DNA of 64,000 bases. Source: Patescibacteria group bacterium. GTDB taxonomy: Bacteria > Patescibacteriota > Patescibacteriia > Magasanikbacterales > GWA2-37-8. Shown here in pieces: positions 39,131 to 49,835 of the stretch (its first letter is position 1; the number at the start of each line of letters is the position of its first letter). The notes below the pieces were generated by a model. That model saw only the letters and a list, made by a program, of their open reading frames with translations. It made no database searches and was not told where the DNA came from. Location of the stretch: the NCBI GenBank assembly GCA_041661385.1, contig JBAZUP010000002.1, positions 14,670-78,669 on the forward strand. Direction: 5' to 3'. Position numbers and translations under genes: made by a program.

Positions 39131-40660
39131 CTATTTTGCGTATTCTACAACGCGAGTTTCGCGGATAACAGAAACGCGAATTTCGCCAGGATATTTGAGT
39201 TCTTGTTCGATTTTATGAGCAATATCTTTCGCGAGTTGAAAGGCAGAATAATCATCGATTTCATTTGGTTTAACAAACACGCGAACTTCTCGTCCGGCTT
39301 GAATGGCATAAACTTTGTCAATTCCCGGGAAGCCGCTCGCAGTTTTTTCGAGGTCTTGAAGACGGGCAATATATTGTTCGTAGCTGTCGCGACGCGCGCC
39401 AACTCTCGCGGCAGAAATAGCGTCAGCGGCTTTCGCAATCGTTGAATAAATATTGAAAGGCTTATCGTTGTGGTGGGTGAGGGCGGCCTGACAAATATCT
39501 TCATCCATGTTGAATTTCTTCAAAATCATGTTGCCGATTTCCGGATGAGAACCTTGGGTTTCGTGGTCGACAGATTTTCCAATGTCGTGGAAGAAGCCGC
39601 ATTTTTTGGCGAGCGCGGCGTTTAGACCAAGTTCAGAAGCGATGAGGCCGGATACATGTCCGACTTCCATGGAATGGTTCATTACGCTTTGGCCGTAGCT
39701 GGTTCGATATTTAAGGCGGCCAACAATGTTAACTAATTTTGGATCAATTCCGGTAATACCCATTTTGTAGAGTGCTTCTTCACCGGCTTTTTTAATATCA
39801 AGCGATAAATCTTGTTTGGCTTTTTCGACAAACTCTTCAATACGAGCCGGTTGAATGCGGCCATCCAAAATAAGTTTTTCAATCGCGAGTTTGGCGATTT
39901 GTCGGCGAATAGTTGAGAAGCCGGAAATCATAATGGAGTCCGGGGTGTCATCAATAACGATTTCACAGCCAGTAAGTTTTTCAATAGTTTTGATGTTGCG
40001 GCCTTCTTTGCCGATAATACGTCCTTTCATTTCTTCACTTGGAATATTTACCATGGAAGAAGTATTTTCTGCGGCGTGTGAAGCGGCGCAGCGCTGGATG
40101 GAATCAACGATTATTTCTCTCGCTTTGTCGTCGTAAACTTCCGTGGATTCTTTTTCGAGTTTCATAATTCGGCCGAGGAGGTCGGACTTGCTGGTTTCTT
40201 CTACTTTCTTAATTAACATTTCAACGGCTTGCTCGCGGGTCATGGAAGCAACCTGTTGCAAGGTGGCGATTTGTTGATCGCGAATTTTTTCGATTTCAGC
40301 TTTGATCAAAGTTACTTTGTCGATTTTTTCCTGCAACTTGGTTTGTTTGTCTTGCAGCTCGAGTAATTTCTGGTCAAAAGTCGTTTCTCGTTTTTCCAAT
40401 CGTTGTTTTTCAACAGAAAGTTCTTGGCGCATTTTTTGTTCTTCCTTTTTGGCTTCATCTAGGAAGTGAACGGCCTTTTCTTTTGCTTCCAGAATTATGG
40501 TCTGGTATTTGTTTTTTGCTTCCGTTAACATTTGCTCGGCTTTGGCCTCTAGGGAGTTAACCTGGGCTTGAGCGACTTTTTTGCGTAAGAAATATCCAAA
40601 CGCAGTTCCGGCGCCACCTCCGGCAATCATTAACACTACTGCTAATAATGTGCTGTCCAT
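39131..40660 (-). CDS. rny: Ribonuclease Y
   Basis: N-terminal TM helix, coiled coil, KH domain (MKGRIIGKEGRNI), HD domain (FHDIGK), YAIQAGREVRV. Confidence 0.97.
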   Translation of the reverse strand: MDSTLLAVVLMIAGGGAGTAFGYFLRKKVAQAQVNSLEAKAEQMLTEAKNKYQTIILEAKEKAVHFLDEAKKEEQKMRQELSVEKQRLEKRETTFDQKLLELQDKQTKLQEKIDKVTLIKAEIEKIRDQQIATLQQVASMTREQAVEMLIKKVEETSKSDLLGRIMKLEKESTEVYDDKAREIIVDSIQRCAASHAAENTSSMVNIPSEEMKGRIIGKEGRNIKTIEKLTGCEIVIDDTPDSIMISGFSTIRRQIAKLAIEKLILDGRIQPARIEEFVEKAKQDLSLDIKKAGEEALYKMGITGIDPKLVNIVGRLKYRTSYGQSVMNHSMEVGHVSGLIASELGLNAALAKKCGFFHDIGKSVDHETQGSHPEIGNMILKKFNMDEDICQAALTHHNDKPFNIYSTIAKAADAISAARVGARRDSYEQYIARLQDLEKTASGFPGIDKVYAIQAGREVRVFVKPNEIDDYSAFQLAKDIAHKIEQELKYPGEIRVSVIRETRVVEYAK

Positions 40661-40985
40661 ATTGTTATAATGAAAAAAACCTCAATAATTTGAGGATATC
40701 AAGTGAAGTTAAAGCAAAAATTACCACCCCGCGGATGTTTATTGAGTTTTTTTGGTTGATTTGTTTTGAAGACTATTTGCCGGGTGAATTGTAATTGTCA
40801 TAGTAATTCCGAAATCTCTCGATTCATGACTTTTTTCTGCTAAAAAGGCTAGATATCCAATAAATTAATTACATTGTAAGGTGCGAAAGAATGATTAAAT
40901 TATTTCCTTTCGCTGGTTTTACTTTAGCAGGTTTGGGTCACTTTGTCAACGAAAAACCGCCTTTAGGGCGGTTTTATTGGGTTTG

Positions 40986-41078
40986 TATAAGACTGGCGTT
41001 GGCCGCCGCGGAGCGTACAGGAAGGGCGCAAAGCGTCTTCCCAGCTTATACCGGTGCGACCAACGCCATCTTCTTATA
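40986..41078. ncRNA. Candidate structured RNA: rod with a central bubble (6S-like)
   Basis: tggcgttggccgc pairs with gcgaccaacgcca; ~12-nt bubble on each side; terminal stem ggaagggcgc-aaa-gcgtcttcc; terminator at 40952-40975; upstream of rny. Confidence 0.5.
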
Positions 41079-41111
41079 GTAGAGTGAATTGAGCGAATCT
41101 AAAACCAACTG

Positions 41112-41783
41112 TCAAGAGATTTTTAATATATCAGAATCGGAAGGTTTTTTTGCATCTTTTAAGTTGTATTCGCCAATTGCGGTTCTAACCAGTTCTTCGC
41201 AATAAGCTCCGACGCCAAGTTTTTCACCGATATCGCGGGCGAGCGTTCTTATATAGGTGCCGGTCGAGCAGGCGACCTCAATTTTGAGGAGCGGATATGA
41301 ATAACTAAGCAGTTTTAAAGAGTGTATTTCTATTTCATCGGGCTGTCTTTCAATTGTTTCGCCCTTGCGCGCTAGTTTATATAATCTTTGGCCGGCGACT
41401 TTTTTCGCCGAAAACATCGGCGGTATCTGTTGTTGTTTGCCGACAAAATCAGCAAGGGTTTTTTCAACTTCTTTTGTTAGCGGCTCTTTTTCAGAAATTA
41501 AAGAAATTTCTCCGGTTTTGTCATCGGTATTAGAAGTAGCGCCCAAATGAATCGTCGTTAAATATGTTTTTGGTAAATTTTTAAATTCATCAAGTCGCTT
41601 TGTTGCTTCGCGTCCGATACCGACAATAAGAAGGCCGGTAGCGAATGGGTCGAGTGTGCCGGCGTGGCCGACTTTAATATTTTTTAATTCCGGGTTTTCT
41701 TTTTTTATTTTGTTACGCAAAAAGCCAACCACATCAAAACTGGTCCAACCTTCGGGTTTGTTTACTAAGATAAAATCTTTCAT
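41112..41783 (-). CDS. truB: tRNA pseudouridine(55) synthase
   Basis: NKPEGWTSFDVV, GHAGTLDPFATG, PPMFSA, GTYIRTLA. Confidence 0.96.
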   Translation of the reverse strand: MKDFILVNKPEGWTSFDVVGFLRNKIKKENPELKNIKVGHAGTLDPFATGLLIVGIGREATKRLDEFKNLPKTYLTTIHLGATSNTDDKTGEISLISEKEPLTKEVEKTLADFVGKQQQIPPMFSAKKVAGQRLYKLARKGETIERQPDEIEIHSLKLLSYSYPLLKIEVACSTGTYIRTLARDIGEKLGVGAYCEELVRTAIGEYNLKDAKKPSDSDILKIS

Positions 41784-41986
41784 AGCCTCGTCATTCTAGC
41801 TTTATTTTATTAATTAATCAATTATCAACAAAAAAATCCCTTGAAAGAAAATATAATATATGCTAGCATGAAGTATCCTTTTTTGGTTTTGTTCTTTCTT
41901 TGGCTGCGTGCTGCTTGTTGTGAAGAAGTTTTATTCACAAAGTGCAGTACGTAGCAAAACAGCGAACCATCATCCGGAGGCGGAAG

Positions 41987-42163
41987 ATGAATGATGCGAT
42001 TGAGGGCGGTGCTTTCATGGGTAGGTCTCTAGATCGGGGGAATGTCGCCACCAGTGGAAAGAAGCGAAGTCTTCACAATCTCGCAATCGATTTGTTTGCC
42101 CTCATGATGGGGCTTACGATGTGGCTCATCATTGTTGCCGTCTTCGTGGGTTTTGCCCACTAG
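41987..42163 (+). CDS. Orphan small membrane protein
   Basis: GGAGG before ATG 41987; C-terminal TM helix; hairpins and a terminator follow (42164-42265). Confidence 0.55.
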   Translation: MNDAIEGGAFMGRSLDRGNVATSGKKRSLHNLAIDLFALMMGLTMWLIIVAVFVGFAH

Positions 42164-42398
42164 GTTCGCGAAAGTTGCGCGGGTAGTTAGTCTTCCCGCC
42201 TAAGCTCTTCGGAGCTTTGCTTAAAAGGGGTCGGTGTTGTTTTATGGCACCGACCCCTCCTTCTTATTAGTTTTAATTTGTTGAAGCTAGTAACAATGAA
42301 AAACATCCGAAATCATTGAGTATTTAATTTTGGCTTGGTTGACTTAAATACGAAATAGATATATAATAAGGCAACTTTTATTGATTTATTTCTGTACC

Positions 42399-44411
42399 AT
42401 GAATGTATCAGAACTCGCTAGACAACTCCGAATCCATCCACAAAAACTCCTTACAATTTTACCGGAGTTTGGTTTTGATATCGGCGTCCGGGCCGTAAAA
42501 ATTGACGATCGCGTTGCTCAGCAGATCCAGCGTGATTGGAAACGTATTAAGTTTGTTTTAGAAAAAAAGGAAAAGGCTGAAAAAGAAAAGCAAAAAGAAT
42601 TGGAAAAAGAAGCCCGCAAGAGCAGCGGTGCGAGTGTTGAAATTCCTTCCGTGTTAACCGTGCGCGAACTTGCCGAGCGACTATCACTTCCAACCACCAC
42701 TCTTATTAAAGAACTCATGAAGAATGGTATTCTTGCCACTCAAAATGAAAATATCGATCGTGATACAGCAATAATTTTAGCAGAAGATCTTGGGTTTGCT
42801 GTTAAACAAAATGAAAATAAAGTTGAAGATGCAGTAAATGAACATATTGAAGGTCTTGAAACATCACTCAACGCCGGCAATTTACAATCCCGTGCGCCGG
42901 TAGTAGTTGTTATGGGTCACGTCGATCATGGAAAAACCAGTTTACTGGATGCAATTCGCCATACCAATGTTATCGCCGGAGAAGCCGGAGGTATTACTCA
43001 GCATATCGGCGCGTACCAGGTGATTTGGACTAATCCTAAAACCAAAAAGAAAGACAATCTTACTTTTATTGATACACCAGGCCATGAGGCTTTTACTGTC
43101 ATGCGTAGCCGTGGCGCCAAGGTTGCCGATATCGCGATTTTGGTTGTTGCCGCCGACGATAGTGTTAAACCTCAAACCGTGGAAGCAATAAATATTATCA
43201 AAGCCGCGAAGCTTCCGTTCATCGTTGCGATTAACAAAATTGATAAACCAGGAGCTGATGGTAAAAAAGTTCGCTCCGATCTTTCACAACATAACATTCT
43301 TACCGATGATTGGGGTGGGGAAGTGCCGGTAGTAGAAATGTCCGCCAAACAAAAAATCGGTATTGATAAATTACTTGATACGATTTTGATTGTTGCTGAC
43401 ATGGAAGAAAAAAATATTAAAGCCGATCCAGAGCGCCCCGCCGCTGGTACTGTCATTGAAGCGCACGTCGATAAGGGTGCTGGTCCGGTTGCGACTATTC
43501 TTGTTCAAACTGGAACACTCCGAGTAAACGATCCGCTTATTATCAATGGTGAAATATACGGCAAGGTTAGAGCGCTCAAAAATCACCGTGGTGAAAATAT
43601 TGAATCTGCTCCGCCGAGCACCCCAGCCCGCATTCTCGGTCTCAAAATCGCTCCGGCGGTAGGTGATGTATTAGATCTTAGTAGAGCAGGCGGCGCCGAA
43701 CAGGTAAATGTACGTAGTAAAAAATCGCAGCAGACCGGTGCCGAACAAACTCCTATTAAGCCCGTTGATGACGAAGCTGATGAAAATAAGCATGTGTTGA
43801 ATGTCGTGGTAAAAGCCGACACTCTTGGTTCACTTGAAGCGATTGTTGGTTCGCTTGAAACTATTAAAAATGATGAGGTTAGCGTAAAGGTGGTTGCCAA
43901 AGGCCTTGGCAATATTACTGCCGACGATGCCACTCGCGCCAAAACTACCGATGCGCTTTTGTTTGCTTTCAATGTCACTACTAATTCCGAATCTTTTGAA
44001 ATGATTCAAAATAGTGAAGTGAAATTTTTTGAATATAAAGTTATTTACGATTTACTTAATAAAGTAAAAGAAAAGCTTGAAGAACTTCTAGTGCCGGAAA
44101 TTATTACCACTGAACTTGGTAATTTCAAAGTCGTTGCTATTTTTCGTACCAACAAAGGTGGTATGGTGGTGGGTGGACGGGTTGAAAATGGAAAACTTAT
44201 TAAAGATTCAAAATTACGCGTTAAAAGAAAGGGTGAAGAAATCGGCGCCGGCAAACTCGCCGGTTTACAATCTGGTAAGCAGGCAGTAAATCAGGTTCCG
44301 TCTGGCAGTGAGTGTGGACTTGAATTCTCTGGTAAGCTAAAATTGGAAGAAGGGGATGTACTGGAAGCCTATACCGAAGAAAAGAAATATAAAAAATTAA
44401 TACTTAAATAG
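42399..44411 (+). CDS. infB: Translation initiation factor IF-2
   Basis: [28 protein letters not shown]; start ATG 42399. Confidence 0.97.
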   Translation: MNVSELARQLRIHPQKLLTILPEFGFDIGVRAVKIDDRVAQQIQRDWKRIKFVLEKKEKAEKEKQKELEKEARKSSGASVEIPSVLTVRELAERLSLPTTTLIKELMKNGILATQNENIDRDTAIILAEDLGFAVKQNENKVEDAVNEHIEGLETSLNAGNLQSRAPVVVVMGHVDHGKTSLLDAIRHTNVIAGEAGGITQHIGAYQVIWTNPKTKKKDNLTFIDTPGHEAFTVMRSRGAKVADIAILVVAADDSVKPQTVEAINIIKAAKLPFIVAINKIDKPGADGKKVRSDLSQHNILTDDWGGEVPVVEMSAKQKIGIDKLLDTILIVADMEEKNIKADPERPAAGTVIEAHVDKGAGPVATILVQTGTLRVNDPLIINGEIYGKVRALKNHRGENIESAPPSTPARILGLKIAPAVGDVLDLSRAGGAEQVNVRSKKSQQTGAEQTPIKPVDDEADENKHVLNVVVKADTLGSLEAIVGSLETIKNDEVSVKVVAKGLGNITADDATRAKTTDALLFAFNVTTNSESFEMIQNSEVKFFEYKVIYDLLNKVKEKLEELLVPEIITTELGNFKVVAIFRTNKGGMVVGGRVENGKLIKDSKLRVKRKGEEIGAGKLAGLQSGKQAVNQVPSGSECGLEFSGKLKLEEGDVLEAYTEEKKYKKLILK

Positions 44412-44538
44412 TAATTTATCGCCGGGCTTTGGGGGCATTGCTTGGCATAATTTATAAATCGTATAGGGGCTTCGCCTCATATATTCTCATTCATTCGGAA
44501 ATGAAAACACATTTTCATTTCTCTCATTCATTTCGAAT

Positions 44539-44859
44539 ATGGAACATACATTTACCGATGCAAACTTCAATGATGAAGTTATCAAATCTACAACTCCGGT
44601 TTTTGTAGATTTTTGGGCGCCGTGGTGCGGGCCGTGTCAGATGATGGGGCCAATTGTGGCAGGACTCGCAAAAGATTTAGATGCTACCAAAATAAAAATT
44701 GGAAAATTAAATGTTGATGAGAATCCAGAAAAAGCCGGGGAGTTCAATGTCATGAGTATTCCGACCTTTTTGATTTTCAAAGGTGGAAAAGTAGTCGACC
44801 AAGTGGTTGGCGGTGTGCAAAGAGAAAAGATTTTGGAAGTTATCAATAAACACATCTAA
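44539..44859 (+). CDS. trxA: Thioredoxin
   Basis: DFWAPWCGPC, SIPT. Confidence 0.96.
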   Translation: MEHTFTDANFNDEVIKSTTPVFVDFWAPWCGPCQMMGPIVAGLAKDLDATKIKIGKLNVDENPEKAGEFNVMSIPTFLIFKGGKVVDQVVGGVQREKILEVINKHI

Positions 44860-44904
44860 AAAATTCGCATTTCAAAAAGACCAGTGAAGCTGGTCTTTTT
44901 TTAT

Positions 44905-45301
44905 TCTCGCTATCCCCGCCTACAACGCTTTGCGTAGCAATGCGGGCAGGGCTCAATCAATTTTAAGTTTACCATATATTCAATTTTCCTTAGCCCTGCC
45001 GGCGGCATCACTTTTCATAACTGAAAAGTAATCAAAAGGTTCTGGGGGCCGGCAGAACTCGTCGTGCGAACTCCTCAAACAGCTGGCGGCCCCCAAACCC
45101 CCGTTGGGTAATTAGTTTGTCAGCTTCGATTCCGAGCATATGTGAAACGACTGCAAACTTCCCGGCGAAATTAGTTTTTTCAATGCGACTTTGTACTTTT
45201 GAAAAAATCGTTAAGATTGAGCCGAGGAATTTGCGGAGTGGAGCATCAGCTCGGCGCCTTTTGGGCTCCACCCGTTTTGGGCGCACAAAATGGGTGGAAT
45301 A
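44905..45301. repeat. ~398-bp structured dispersed repeat, copy 1
   Basis: Colinear with 52954-53351; long identical blocks and covarying stems. Confidence 0.92.
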
Positions 45302-45399
45302 GACAAATGAATAATAGATAACTAAACTAAAAGAGCGGCAGTTAAAAAATATTGTAATAGACAAGCGAATAAGCTAGAATAGCGAAGCTATCTTTATAT

Positions 45400-46014
45400 A
45401 TGTCTGAACTTCGGGAAGACAAAATAAAACCAGTTTTATTCTGTGATTTTGATGGAACTATTTGTCATGATCGATATTGGAGAAGTCTACCATCAGAAAT
45501 ATATGAAAAAGTGCAAAGTCTTCTTTTTGGTCTAGACAAGATCTTCATAAACGACTGGATGAGAGGAAAATATACAGCTGAAGAAGCCAATGAATATGTT
45601 TCAAAAAAAATCGATTTTCCATTTGAAGAACTTTGGAGTTTATTTGTGAATGACTGTAAAACAATGAAGGTAGATTCAGCTGTGCTAAACAAACTATCTG
45701 CATTGCGGAACGATTATAGAACTATTCTTTTGACTGGTAACATGGATAGCTTTTCAAGGTTTACAGTGCCGGCTCTGGAATTAAATAAATATTTTGATCA
45801 TGTCAGTAACTCGTATTATGAAGAAAAACACAAAACGGATAACAATGGCGAAATTTTTGTAGAATATTGTAATAAATTTAAAACGAATGTTTCCAATTCA
45901 GTATTAATTGATGATTCGCCAAAAGTTTGCCAGATATTTGCACATCTTGGTGGTACGGTAATGCAAATTACCCCCGAGACAGACATAAATTATTTTTTGG
46001 AAAATTCATTTTAA
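45400..46014 (+). CDS. HAD-superfamily hydrolase
   Basis: CDFDGT motif I, LTGN motif II, LIDDS motif IV; visibly AT-rich. Confidence 0.82.
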   Translation: MSELREDKIKPVLFCDFDGTICHDRYWRSLPSEIYEKVQSLLFGLDKIFINDWMRGKYTAEEANEYVSKKIDFPFEELWSLFVNDCKTMKVDSAVLNKLSALRNDYRTILLTGNMDSFSRFTVPALELNKYFDHVSNSYYEEKHKTDNNGEIFVEYCNKFKTNVSNSVLIDDSPKVCQIFAHLGGTVMQITPETDINYFLENSF

Positions 46015-46018
46015 AAAT

Positions 46019-46918
46019 ATGCCCGAACTCCCGGAAGTTGAAACAATAAGACAAGACCTGCGAAAAAAGATCATGAACAAAAAAATTGTTCAACTTAAAG
46101 TTGTTCGCGAAAAATCTGTTTTGAGCATGGTCACCAATTTTGTTCATGCCATAAAAGGAAACGAAATAAAAGAAATTGACCGCCGGGGCAAGCTGATGAT
46201 TTTCCGTTTAAAGAAAAGTTTTAAACCAAAAAACCATAAAGAATCTTTTACTTCCATTTTGGTTCACCTCAAAATGACCGGCCAACTTATTTACGAAAAA
46301 AAAGTACATAATAAAGTTGAGGTTATTGCCGGGGGACACAGTTTGACCGAAAAGGATTTTGATTTGCCGAATAAACATACCCAAATTATTTTCACTTTCT
46401 CCGACAAAGGAATATTATTTTTCAACGACCTGCGCCGGTTTGGTTACATGAAACTTGCGACTGATGGGGAAGTCGAAACCGCTTTGCTACGCTTCGGCAT
46501 TGAACCTCTTACTAAAAATTATACCTTTGACGCTTTTGTAAAAGCACTGGGTAAACGAAGAGTTTCTATCAAAGTCGCCCTCATGGATCAGCCGCGAATT
46601 GCCGGCATTGGAAATATTTATGCCGACGAGGCTTGTTTTGCGGCCGGTATAAAACCAACTCGTCATGTGAATGCTTTAAAAAAAGACGAAGTGAAAAAAC
46701 TTTTTGATTGTATTTCAAAGATAATAAAAAAAGCTATTGAACATCGTGGCACAACTTTTAAGGATTATATGGATACTGAAGGCAAAAAGGGGAACTATAC
46801 CGATTTCCTAAAGGTGTATGGTCACGGTGGAGATAAATGCCCGCGATGCGGCAAAGTAATTCAAAAGATAAAAAGCAACGGCCGGGGCACGCATTTCTGC
46901 GCAGGCTGTCAGCATTGA
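46019..46918 (+). CDS. mutM: Formamidopyrimidine-DNA glycosylase
   Basis: MPELPEVET, RRGK, HLKMTG, GIGNIYADE, C-terminal zinc finger. Confidence 0.96.
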   Translation: MPELPEVETIRQDLRKKIMNKKIVQLKVVREKSVLSMVTNFVHAIKGNEIKEIDRRGKLMIFRLKKSFKPKNHKESFTSILVHLKMTGQLIYEKKVHNKVEVIAGGHSLTEKDFDLPNKHTQIIFTFSDKGILFFNDLRRFGYMKLATDGEVETALLRFGIEPLTKNYTFDAFVKALGKRRVSIKVALMDQPRIAGIGNIYADEACFAAGIKPTRHVNALKKDEVKKLFDCISKIIKKAIEHRGTTFKDYMDTEGKKGNYTDFLKVYGHGGDKCPRCGKVIQKIKSNGRGTHFCAGCQH

Positions 46919-46952
46919 TTTTTTTGCGAGGATTAGGTAAGATTCTTTCATT

Positions 46953-49832
46953 ATGAATAAATACGACCCAAACAAAATTGAAGCCAAGTGGCAAAAGCAC
47001 TGGGAGAAAAACAAGACTTTTTGCGTTAAAGAAGATTCAAAGAAGAAAAAGTTTTATTCACTCATTGAATTTCCATACCCATCGGGTGAAGGTTTGCATG
47101 TCGGCCACCCCCGTCCCTTTACTGCCATGGACGTGATTTCGCGCAAACGACGCATGGATGGTTTTAATGTTTTGTATCCAATTGGCTTTGACGCGTTTGG
47201 ACTCCCAACCGAGAATCACGCTATCAAAACCAAACAGCAGCCCGCTGTAGTCACGAAAAAAAATATTGCCAACTTTACCCGCCAGCTCAAACTGCTCGGC
47301 TATAGTTTCGATTGGGACCGGGTGGTTGATACCACCGACCCGAAATATTTCAAATGGACCCAGTGGCTGTTTTTACAATTTTATAAACACGGACTAGCTT
47401 ACAAAAAAAATCAGCCTATTAACTGGTGCCCGAAAGATAAAATCGGCCTCGCAAATGAAGAAGTAGTAAATGGTTGCTGTGAACGTTGCGGTACCGCCGT
47501 CGAACAGCGCAACAAAGAACAGTGGATGCTCGCGATTACCAAATACGCCGAAAAATTACTTCAAGGTCTTAAAGAAGTTGACTACATTACTCCGGCCCGT
47601 GTCAGCCAAGAAAATTGGATTGGAAAAAGCGAAGGCGCGTTAGTTAATTTTGCTTTAGAGAATTCCGACGAAAAACTACAGGTCTTCACCACCCGGCCGG
47701 ATACTTTATTTGGTGCCACCTTTATGGCTGTCTCTGCTGAGCTTGCCAAGAGCTGGCTTGATAAGGGCTGGAAAGTAAGTAAGGAAATTGAAAAATATCT
47801 TGAAAAAACTTTATCCGAACAGAAAGTCCTCGACCGGGTAGAAAAAGAAAAGACCGGTATTGCGACCGATAAGTTTGCAATCAACCCCGTGAATGGAAAA
47901 AAGATTCCGGTTTGGATTACGAATTATGTTTTGGGTGGAGTTGGTACCGGCGCTATTATGGCCGTGCCCGCGCACGATGAAAGAGATTTTGAATTTGCCA
48001 AAAAGTTTGGATTGCCGATTACGCAGGTTGTAGCGCCATATTTTTACGATAGTAATAACCCGCCGCGCTCGGACAAAAAAACCGTCAAACGAATTAATAT
48101 TCAAGCCGTTGTAAAGCATTGGTCAGAAGACAAAGTAATTCAGATCCAATGGAAGGAGCAGCCCTGGAAAACTTTTGTCATCGGCGGAGCTGAAGCCGGT
48201 GAGAAGTTGGAAGACGCGGTAAAGCGGGAAGTGCTGGAAGAAACCGGATATAAAAATATCAAATCAATTAAACGAGTCGGAATGGAGCTTCGTTCGGAAT
48301 GGTTCGCCGCCCACAAAGATGAAAATCGTTATGCCAACATGAATGTTTTTGAGGTTGAACTTGCAGACGGAGAAAAAGACGAATTGTCCGCCGAAGAAAG
48401 TGAGAAGCACGTTGTCGCCTGGGTTCCTTACAAAGATATTCCGTCTTTTGCTGGAGTTGGGGAGCTGGCCTATATCTGGAAAGAATTAAATAATAAATCC
48501 GGTTGTTTTTGTGAAGACGGTGTTGCAATAAATTCCGGTGAATTTTCCGAATTGAAAACTGCCGAAACTAAAGAAAAAATGATTGCTTGGCTAGAAGAAA
48601 AGAAGATCGGCAAGCGCCAAGTAAATTATAAACTTCGCGATTGGGTATTTTCCCGTCAGCGCTATTGGGGTGAACCGATTCCGCTCGTTTATTGTGAAGC
48701 CTGCGCGAAAAATAAAAGGTTTGAAAGCAAGGGCGAAGAAATGAATCCAGGCTGGATTCCAGTTGAAGAAAAATCTCTGCCGCTCGAACTTCCAAAAGTT
48801 GATAAATATGAACCGACTGACACCGGCGAGTCGCCGCTCGCGCCAATGACAGATTGGGTAAATACTAAATGCCCGCGCTGTGGTGGAAAGGCGAGGCGTG
48901 AAACCGACACTATGCCAAACTGGGCTGGATCAAGTTGGTATTTCCTGCGTTACACCGACCCGCACAATGATAAAGCTTTCGCCGGTAAAGACGCGCTAAA
49001 ATATTGGATGAGTGTAGATTGGTACAACGGCGGCATGGAACATACTGTACTGCATCTTTTATATTCTCGTTTTTGGAATGAATTTTTATTTGATCTTGGA
49101 CTCGTGCCAACCAGTGAACCATATAAAAAGCGCACCAGCCATGGCATGATTCTCGGCCCCGATGGTGAAAAGATGAGTAAGAGCCGGGGTAATGTAATAA
49201 ACCCCGACGAAATGATTGAAAAGTTTGGTACGGATTCTTTTCGCACTTATATAATGTTCATGGGTCCGTTTGATCAGGCGGTAATGTGGGATACCAATGG
49301 GCTAGTCGGCGTCCGCCGTTTCCTCGAGCGAGTTTGGTTTTTACAAGAAAAAATTTCCGATAGTCCAGCGAGCGCAAACGCAATTTCAGTTTTGCATAGA
49401 ACCATTAAAAAAGTTGGCGAAGATATAGATACGATGCGATATAATACTGCAGTTGCCGCTCTCATGCAGCTCACCAACGATTTAATGAAAGAAGAAACTA
49501 TTGATAAAAATACTTACAAAATATTAATTCAATTGCTGTCGCCGTTTGCCCCGCACCTTTCCGAGGAACTCTGGGCAGAATATGGCGAAAAGGATTTGAC
49601 GTTTAGCGCTTGGCCGAAGTTTGATCCGGCACTAGCCAAATCCGCTACTTTTACCCTTGCCGTCCAAATCAATGGTAAGGTGCGCGATACGATCGAAGTC
49701 GACTCAGAGATAAGCGAAGCAGATGTAAAAGAATTGGTTTTGAAAAGTGAAAAGGTGCAGAAATGGCTGGAAGGCAAAGAGCCAAAGAAAATAATTTACA
49801 TTAAAGGCAAGCTTGCGAGTGTAGTAATATAG
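46953..49832 (+). CDS. leuS: Leucine--tRNA ligase with inserted NUDIX domain
   Basis: FPYPSG-HVGH, FTTRPDT, GTGAIMAVPAHD, SRQRYWG, KMSKS; insert GGAEAGEKLEDAVKREVLEETG. Confidence 0.97.
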   Translation: MNKYDPNKIEAKWQKHWEKNKTFCVKEDSKKKKFYSLIEFPYPSGEGLHVGHPRPFTAMDVISRKRRMDGFNVLYPIGFDAFGLPTENHAIKTKQQPAVVTKKNIANFTRQLKLLGYSFDWDRVVDTTDPKYFKWTQWLFLQFYKHGLAYKKNQPINWCPKDKIGLANEEVVNGCCERCGTAVEQRNKEQWMLAITKYAEKLLQGLKEVDYITPARVSQENWIGKSEGALVNFALENSDEKLQVFTTRPDTLFGATFMAVSAELAKSWLDKGWKVSKEIEKYLEKTLSEQKVLDRVEKEKTGIATDKFAINPVNGKKIPVWITNYVLGGVGTGAIMAVPAHDERDFEFAKKFGLPITQVVAPYFYDSNNPPRSDKKTVKRINIQAVVKHWSEDKVIQIQWKEQPWKTFVIGGAEAGEKLEDAVKREVLEETGYKNIKSIKRVGMELRSEWFAAHKDENRYANMNVFEVELADGEKDELSAEESEKHVVAWVPYKDIPSFAGVGELAYIWKELNNKSGCFCEDGVAINSGEFSELKTAETKEKMIAWLEEKKIGKRQVNYKLRDWVFSRQRYWGEPIPLVYCEACAKNKRFESKGEEMNPGWIPVEEKSLPLELPKVDKYEPTDTGESPLAPMTDWVNTKCPRCGGKARRETDTMPNWAGSSWYFLRYTDPHNDKAFAGKDALKYWMSVDWYNGGMEHTVLHLLYSRFWNEFLFDLGLVPTSEPYKKRTSHGMILGPDGEKMSKSRGNVINPDEMIEKFGTDSFRTYIMFMGPFDQAVMWDTNGLVGVRRFLERVWFLQEKISDSPASANAISVLHRTIKKVGEDIDTMRYNTAVAALMQLTNDLMKEETIDKNTYKILIQLLSPFAPHLSEELWAEYGEKDLTFSAWPKFDPALAKSATFTLAVQINGKVRDTIEVDSEISEADVKELVLKSEKVQKWLEGKEPKKIIYIKGKLASVVI

Positions 49833-49835
49833 AAC

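Noticed and set aside
40986-41078. SRP (4.5S) RNA
   Set aside because: No CAGG...GGAA...AGCAG domain IV signature on either strand.
45032-45364. ORFs within the 398-bp repeat (also 53125-53391 and the 53235-53360 extension)
   Set aside because: Frames are not preserved between copies, while base pairing is.
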